From positions 1,965-65,964 of the forward strand of contig BEIK01000002.1 in NCBI GenBank assembly GCA_002923395.1: 64,000 nt of DNA. Reading direction: 5' to 3'. The translations under genes and the position numbers were made by a program. The notes below the pieces were generated by a model. It did no database searches. It was not told the origin of the DNA and saw only the letters and a list, made by a program, of their open reading frames with translations. Positions 60,093 to 64,000 of the stretch are shown here, in pieces (positions within the stretch are counted from its first letter, which is position 1; every line of letters begins with the position of its first letter). This stretch comes from a bacterium HR34. Lineage in GTDB: Bacteria; Patescibacteriota; Minisyncoccia; Minisyncoccales; HRBIN34.

Positions 60093-61277
60093 ATGCCAGG
60101 AGAAAATTTTTTAAAAAAAGCAGAAAAAATAAAAAACATAAAAAAGTTTGAAAAAGTATTTTTCGACGCCGTAAATAAAAACAAAAACATAGTTTTATAT
60201 TCTGACTCAGATCCAGACGGCGCTTGTTGTGCTGTTATATTAAAAGAAGCTCTTGAACTGCTTGGCAGAAAACCAAAAAAAGTTTATTTTCCAGATAGAG
60301 AAAAAGAAGGTTATGGTTTAAATTTTAGAGCAATCGAAAAACTTAAAAAGTACGCACCAGGCCTTTTAATTGTAACTGACTGCGGAACAACAAGCGTACA
60401 AGAAGTAGAACTTGCAAAAAAATACGGCTTTGAAGTTGCAATAATAGATCATCATGTTGTTTTTAGTAAAACACCAAGAGCGATTTTTATAAACCTCCAC
60501 CAAAAAGGAGACAAATTTTATTTCAAAGAATTGTGCGCCGCAGGACTGGTATATGTTATTGTTAAATACCTCTTTTTAAAAAACAAAATAAGTTTTTCAC
60601 CAGAAAGCTTTTTAGAACTTGCAATGCTCGCCACTATTGCTGATAGGGTTCCCCTTGTTTCATTAAATAAAGAAATTGTAGAGCAGGGAATAGAAGCTCT
60701 TAAAATAACCAAAAGGCCAGCCCTTAAAGTATTAAAAAATAAAACAAAACTAAGGCAGTATACCTTAGATAAAATAAATTACAAAATCGTTCATGTTTTG
60801 GGAGCTGGCTACAACGAAAGAAATATAAATAAAACCTACAAATTTTTAATTGAAAGAAATGATGAAAAATTAAATAAAATGTCAGACGAATTAACCCACA
60901 GTTTACAGGTTAAATATTATGAAATTCAAAGAATAGTAGATGAAGTAGAAGAAAGATTAAAAGTTAAAGGAATAAACGAATTTATTTTTGAAGGGTCTCA
61001 CGATTGGCAGCTTTTTTATTTAGGCCCTGCAGCCTCCCGTTTAATAGAAAAATATAAAGTTCCTGTTTTTCTTTACCACATCTTAAAAGATGTAAAAGAA
61101 GCAGTAGGCGCTGTTAGAAGTACAGACAAAATAGACAGTGTAAAAGCAATGCAAAATTGCAAAAAATACCTTTTGTTATATGGAGGCCATCCAAAAGCAT
61201 CTGGTTTCAGAATAAAAATTGAAAACCTTTCAGACTTTTATTATTGTCTTTTAAATTACATTAAGAAAAACAAATGA
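60093..61277 (+). CDS. recJ: RecJ-like DHH/DHHA1 exonuclease
   Basis: D.D.DG, P.R..EGYG, TDCG, DHH, TIAD and GGH..A.G motifs. Confidence 0.85.
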   Translation: MPGENFLKKAEKIKNIKKFEKVFFDAVNKNKNIVLYSDSDPDGACCAVILKEALELLGRKPKKVYFPDREKEGYGLNFRAIEKLKKYAPGLLIVTDCGTTSVQEVELAKKYGFEVAIIDHHVVFSKTPRAIFINLHQKGDKFYFKELCAAGLVYVIVKYLFLKNKISFSPESFLELAMLATIADRVPLVSLNKEIVEQGIEALKITKRPALKVLKNKTKLRQYTLDKINYKIVHVLGAGYNERNINKTYKFLIERNDEKLNKMSDELTHSLQVKYYEIQRIVDEVEERLKVKGINEFIFEGSHDWQLFYLGPAASRLIEKYKVPVFLYHILKDVKEAVGAVRSTDKIDSVKAMQNCKKYLLLYGGHPKASGFRIKIENLSDFYYCLLNYIKKNK

Positions 61278-61714
61278 AAAACGAAACACCAAAAAAATTA
61301 ATAGTCTACACAGATGGCTCCTCTCTTGGAAATCCCGGAAAATCAGCAATAGGGTTTGCCATATTTGATGATAAAGGAAACCTTATTAAAGAATACTCAC
61401 AAGAAATTGGAATAAAAACAAACAATGAAGCAGAATACGAAGCCCTACTCTTCGCTCTTAAAAAAATAAAACTTTTATTTGGAAAAGATAAAATTAAAAA
61501 TATAGAAATAGAAATAAGATCTGACAGCCAACTTATGACCTCTCAACTCCTTGGAAAATATAAAATTTTAGATGAAAAAATTAAAAATTTATTTATAGAA
61601 TTTTGGAACCTTAAAACAGATTTTGGTAAAATAACAATTACTCAAATACCACGAGAACAAAACAAATTAGCCGATGCCCTTTCCAAAAAACTTAAACAAC
61701 CAAACCTTTTTTAA
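61274..61714 (+). CDS. rnhA: Ribonuclease HI family protein
   Basis: TDG...GNPG, TNNEAEY, DSQL and REQN..AD motifs. Confidence 0.92.
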   Translation: MKNETPKKLIVYTDGSSLGNPGKSAIGFAIFDDKGNLIKEYSQEIGIKTNNEAEYEALLFALKKIKLLFGKDKIKNIEIEIRSDSQLMTSQLLGKYKILDEKIKNLFIEFWNLKTDFGKITITQIPREQNKLADALSKKLKQPNLF

Positions 61715-61790
61715 TACAACGAAAACAGATCTGTAATTTTTCTAACTTGCATTTGATTTTTTATTTTGTGTATTCTATTATTATTTTATA

Positions 61791-62199
61791 TGTGGATGCT
61801 TTAAGGCAACCGCTTTCCGACTATTGTCGGAAAGAGGAAACTCCGGACATCCTGCTCCGATTTTTTCGTCGGAGTATAAAACCCTGCGGGTAAAGGCCCG
61901 CCGCCGTAAACTTATTGTAGTTTGCGGTAGGGGTGCGAACAGAGACGAGGTTGCCAGTAATGGCGCCTGTCCTTTTCGCTTCAAAATAATTTTGAAGCGA
62001 AAAGGAAAGCTCTGCGGTAACGCAGAGGTGAAACGGCTAAATCCCAGGGGGATGCAAGGCTAAAACCTGCTAAAAATCTAGCAGGTATGGGTAAGCCGCA
62101 ATGAGTGTTATGGGTAACCATAACACCAAGATAAATGGTTGCCACTCTTCCTGCTTGAAATAGGAAGAGCACAGAATCCGGGTTATTAAAGCTTCCACA
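61791..62199 (+). ncRNA. rnpB: RNase P RNA
   Basis: P1 TGTGGATGCTTTAA/TTAAAGCTTCCACA; GAGGAAACTCCGG, ACAGAGAC, GTGAAACGG, GCAAG, AGATAAATG and ACAGAATCCGGGTTA conserved blocks. Confidence 0.93.
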
Positions 62200-62208
62200 A
62201 AATAGACC

Positions 62209-62236
62209 AGACCTCGAGAAAATTTTCTCGAGGTCT
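62209..62236. repeat. Perfect 28-bp palindrome after rnpB (possible terminator)
   Basis: AGACCTCGAGAAAA|TTTTCTCGAGGTCT. Confidence 0.8.
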
Positions 62237-62289
62237 ACTTGCAAGTAAACCATAAATAAAAAATTTTTTTAATTATTGTATATTGTATT

Positions 62290-62880
62290 ATGGAAGAAAT
62301 TTTCAACGCCATAAAAAATTTAACAACATATATTTATAAGGTAACAGACAACTTACCTCAAGACCCACTGAAACACAAAATAAGAGAAAAAACTTTGGAT
62401 TTATTAAACAAATTTTACTCAAGCGAAATTACTTCTTCTGAAAAAGAATTTTTAATTAATGAACTAAAAATTTTTTTTGCCTATTTAGATATATCAGAAC
62501 ACCAAAACTTAATTGAAAAACGCCACATAATAACAATAAAAGAAAGTTACATAAAAATACTAAAACTTCTCTTAGCCAACAATCAACAAAAAGCTAAACA
62601 AAAACCTCAACAAAAAACCACCAAAGCAAAAAATTCCATAAAGATTCATAACACAAACAACAACGAAAGAAAAACAAAAATTCTCAGCATAATTAAAGAC
62701 AAGAAAATTATTTCTATTTCATCTCTTTATGATTTATTTCCAGACATTACAACCAGAACATTAAGAAGAGATATGGCAGACTTAGTTCAAAAAGGATTTA
62801 TAGAACCTATAGGAAAAGGAATATATAGATTGAAAGATTTTTCACAAAAGGACAGGATTTCTCATATAATTTCCACATAA
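62290..62880 (+). CDS. Four-helix-bundle protein with a C-terminal DeoR-type HTH
   Basis: Y.VT..LP.DPL...IR N-domain; NERK.KIL...T.RTLRRD...L...G C-domain. Confidence 0.75.
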   Translation: MEEIFNAIKNLTTYIYKVTDNLPQDPLKHKIREKTLDLLNKFYSSEITSSEKEFLINELKIFFAYLDISEHQNLIEKRHIITIKESYIKILKLLLANNQQKAKQKPQQKTTKAKNSIKIHNTNNNERKTKILSIIKDKKIISISSLYDLFPDITTRTLRRDMADLVQKGFIEPIGKGIYRLKDFSQKDRISHIIST

Positions 62881-62912
62881 TTTCCACATCATTTCCACAT
62901 CATTTCCATATG
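62869..62912 (+). repeat. 4 x 11-bp direct repeat ATTTCCACAT(A/C)
   Basis: Units at 62869, 62880, 62891 and 62902; the last is ATTTCCATATG and contains the sigma start codon. Confidence 0.9.
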
Positions 62913-63416
62913 AATAAACCGCAAGATATAAAACAATATTTTTCTAATATATACGACAAATACTTTGACAGTATTTATAAATTTATATTTCTTAAAACTC
63001 CTTCAAAAGAAACAGCACAAGATATCACTTCAGATGTCTTCTTGAAATTTTTCAACTACATTGTTAAAAATGGATACAAATCTATAAACAACCCCCGCGC
63101 CTTTTTATACAAAACAGCAAGAAACCTCATATCAGATTATTACAGAAAAAACTCCCATATCCCATTCTCTCAATTGCCAGACGACCTCCCAGATCTGGAA
63201 CAAGGCATAGAGCAAAAAATAGATATTGATATTCAAATTAACTTTGTCAAAAAACAGCTCCAACAACTTCCGCAAGAATATCAGGACATTATAATAATGT
63301 ATTATTTAGAGGAAATTCCAATCAAAGAAATTGCTGAAATTGTGGACAAAACAGAAAACAATGTTAGGGTTATAATCCACCGCTGCCTACAACACCTCAA
63401 ACAAAGCCTCCAATAG
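62910..63416 (+). CDS. ECF RNA polymerase sigma factor
   Basis: AQDITSDVF, AFLYKTARN...DYYR (region 2); EIAEI.......V....HR (region 4). Confidence 0.93.
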   Translation: MNKPQDIKQYFSNIYDKYFDSIYKFIFLKTPSKETAQDITSDVFLKFFNYIVKNGYKSINNPRAFLYKTARNLISDYYRKNSHIPFSQLPDDLPDLEQGIEQKIDIDIQINFVKKQLQQLPQEYQDIIIMYYLEEIPIKEIAEIVDKTENNVRVIIHRCLQHLKQSLQ

Positions 63417-63435
63417 CAACATCTTCTAATAATTT

Positions 63436-63463
63436 TGTAATATTTTCCCCTAATTTTCGTCTA
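63436..63463 (+). promoter_or_regulatory. ECF-sigma-type promoter
   Basis: TGTAAT-N16-CGTCTA. Confidence 0.6.
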
Positions 63464-63535
63464 CTATATATCAACAGCAAGAACGCGAACGCCCAATAAA
63501 CCGTAATTCAACCCAACACAACAAACTCCAAAACA

Positions 63536-64000
63536 ATGCAAATACAAAATCTTAAAAAACTATATAACGCAATTCAACCTGATAAAACTTGGAAAGAAAG
63601 CCAAAAGAATTTTATATTATCAACACTTGACATCCAATTTTCAAACCAATACAATTATTCTAATAACTTTATTTCAGCAATTTCAAAAATTTTGTCGTTT
63701 AAAAATCATCCTGTTTTGACATCAGAAGTTGTTGTTTCACTTTTGGCGCTAATTTTTTTATTCGGTGCTTATTTAAGTTTACCAGGCGACCCGCTTTACA
63801 CAGTAAAAGAAAATGTAATTGAAAAAGTTTCCATTCCGCCAGAAAACGAACTTGCACTACTTGAAGCAAAACTTTCAGAAATTGAAAGAGCAGTTCAAGA
63901 AAACAAAACCCAGAACATAAAACCAGCAGTAGAAAAAGTAGTTCAAACAGTTGCCAAAGTAAATCCGCAAGATATTGCTAAAAAAGTAAAAGAAAACCAT
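63536..64000 (+). CDS. Putative anti-sigma factor (DUF5667-like), partial
   Basis: Open from ATG 63536 to the window end; TM helix followed by SLPGDPLYTVK. Confidence 0.75.
   Translation, partial: MQIQNLKKLYNAIQPDKTWKESQKNFILSTLDIQFSNQYNYSNNFISAISKILSFKNHPVLTSEVVVSLLALIFLFGAYLSLPGDPLYTVKENVIEKVSIPPENELALLEAKLSEIERAVQENKTQNIKPAVEKVVQTVAKVNPQDIAKKVKENH

Noticed and set aside
321..60712. Many short ORFs, mostly antisense, inside housekeeping genes
   Set aside because: They are nested in or overlap well-supported genes and show no motifs; they are shadow ORFs.
61781..62253. ORFs of 67-90 aa
   Set aside because: They overlap the RNase P RNA gene.
62869..62912. oriC
   Set aside because: The boxes are imperfect, there is no dnaA/dnaN or unwinding region nearby, and the skew direction fits a terminus rather than an origin.

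Overview
AT-rich, gene-dense core-genome window, almost all on the + strand. It looks like a Patescibacteria/CPR (Parcubacteria-like) bacterium: no rpmD/L30 in the spc operon, alpha2-type GlyRS, IleRS2 carrying an inserted domain, A-rich start regions without Shine-Dalgarno motifs, and tRNA genes without encoded CCA. It holds argS (partial), ileS, recO, glyQS, a DsbA/TrxB redox cluster, murA, two mreB, holB, frr, rseP, proS, gatCA, six clustered tRNAs plus tRNA-Gly, the str-S10-spc ribosomal block, lepA, efp, clpB, a VirD4-like ATPase cluster, pgk, recJ, RNase HI, RNase P RNA and an ECF sigma/anti-sigma pair. The main anomaly is at 23.85-24.70 kb. A GC-rich, non-coding, four-hairpin element of about 124 bp follows two different tRNA genes (His-GTG, Arg-CCT), and each time it is followed by a duplicate of that tRNA's own 3' end, joined at the shared T-loop sequence GGGTTCGAGTCC. 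At tRNA-Arg it is tandemly amplified (163-bp unit, about 2.45 copies), a remnant sits behind tRNA-Met, and a similar hairpin occurs inside the RNase P RNA. All calls come from reading the sequence and recognising motifs; no database searches were run.
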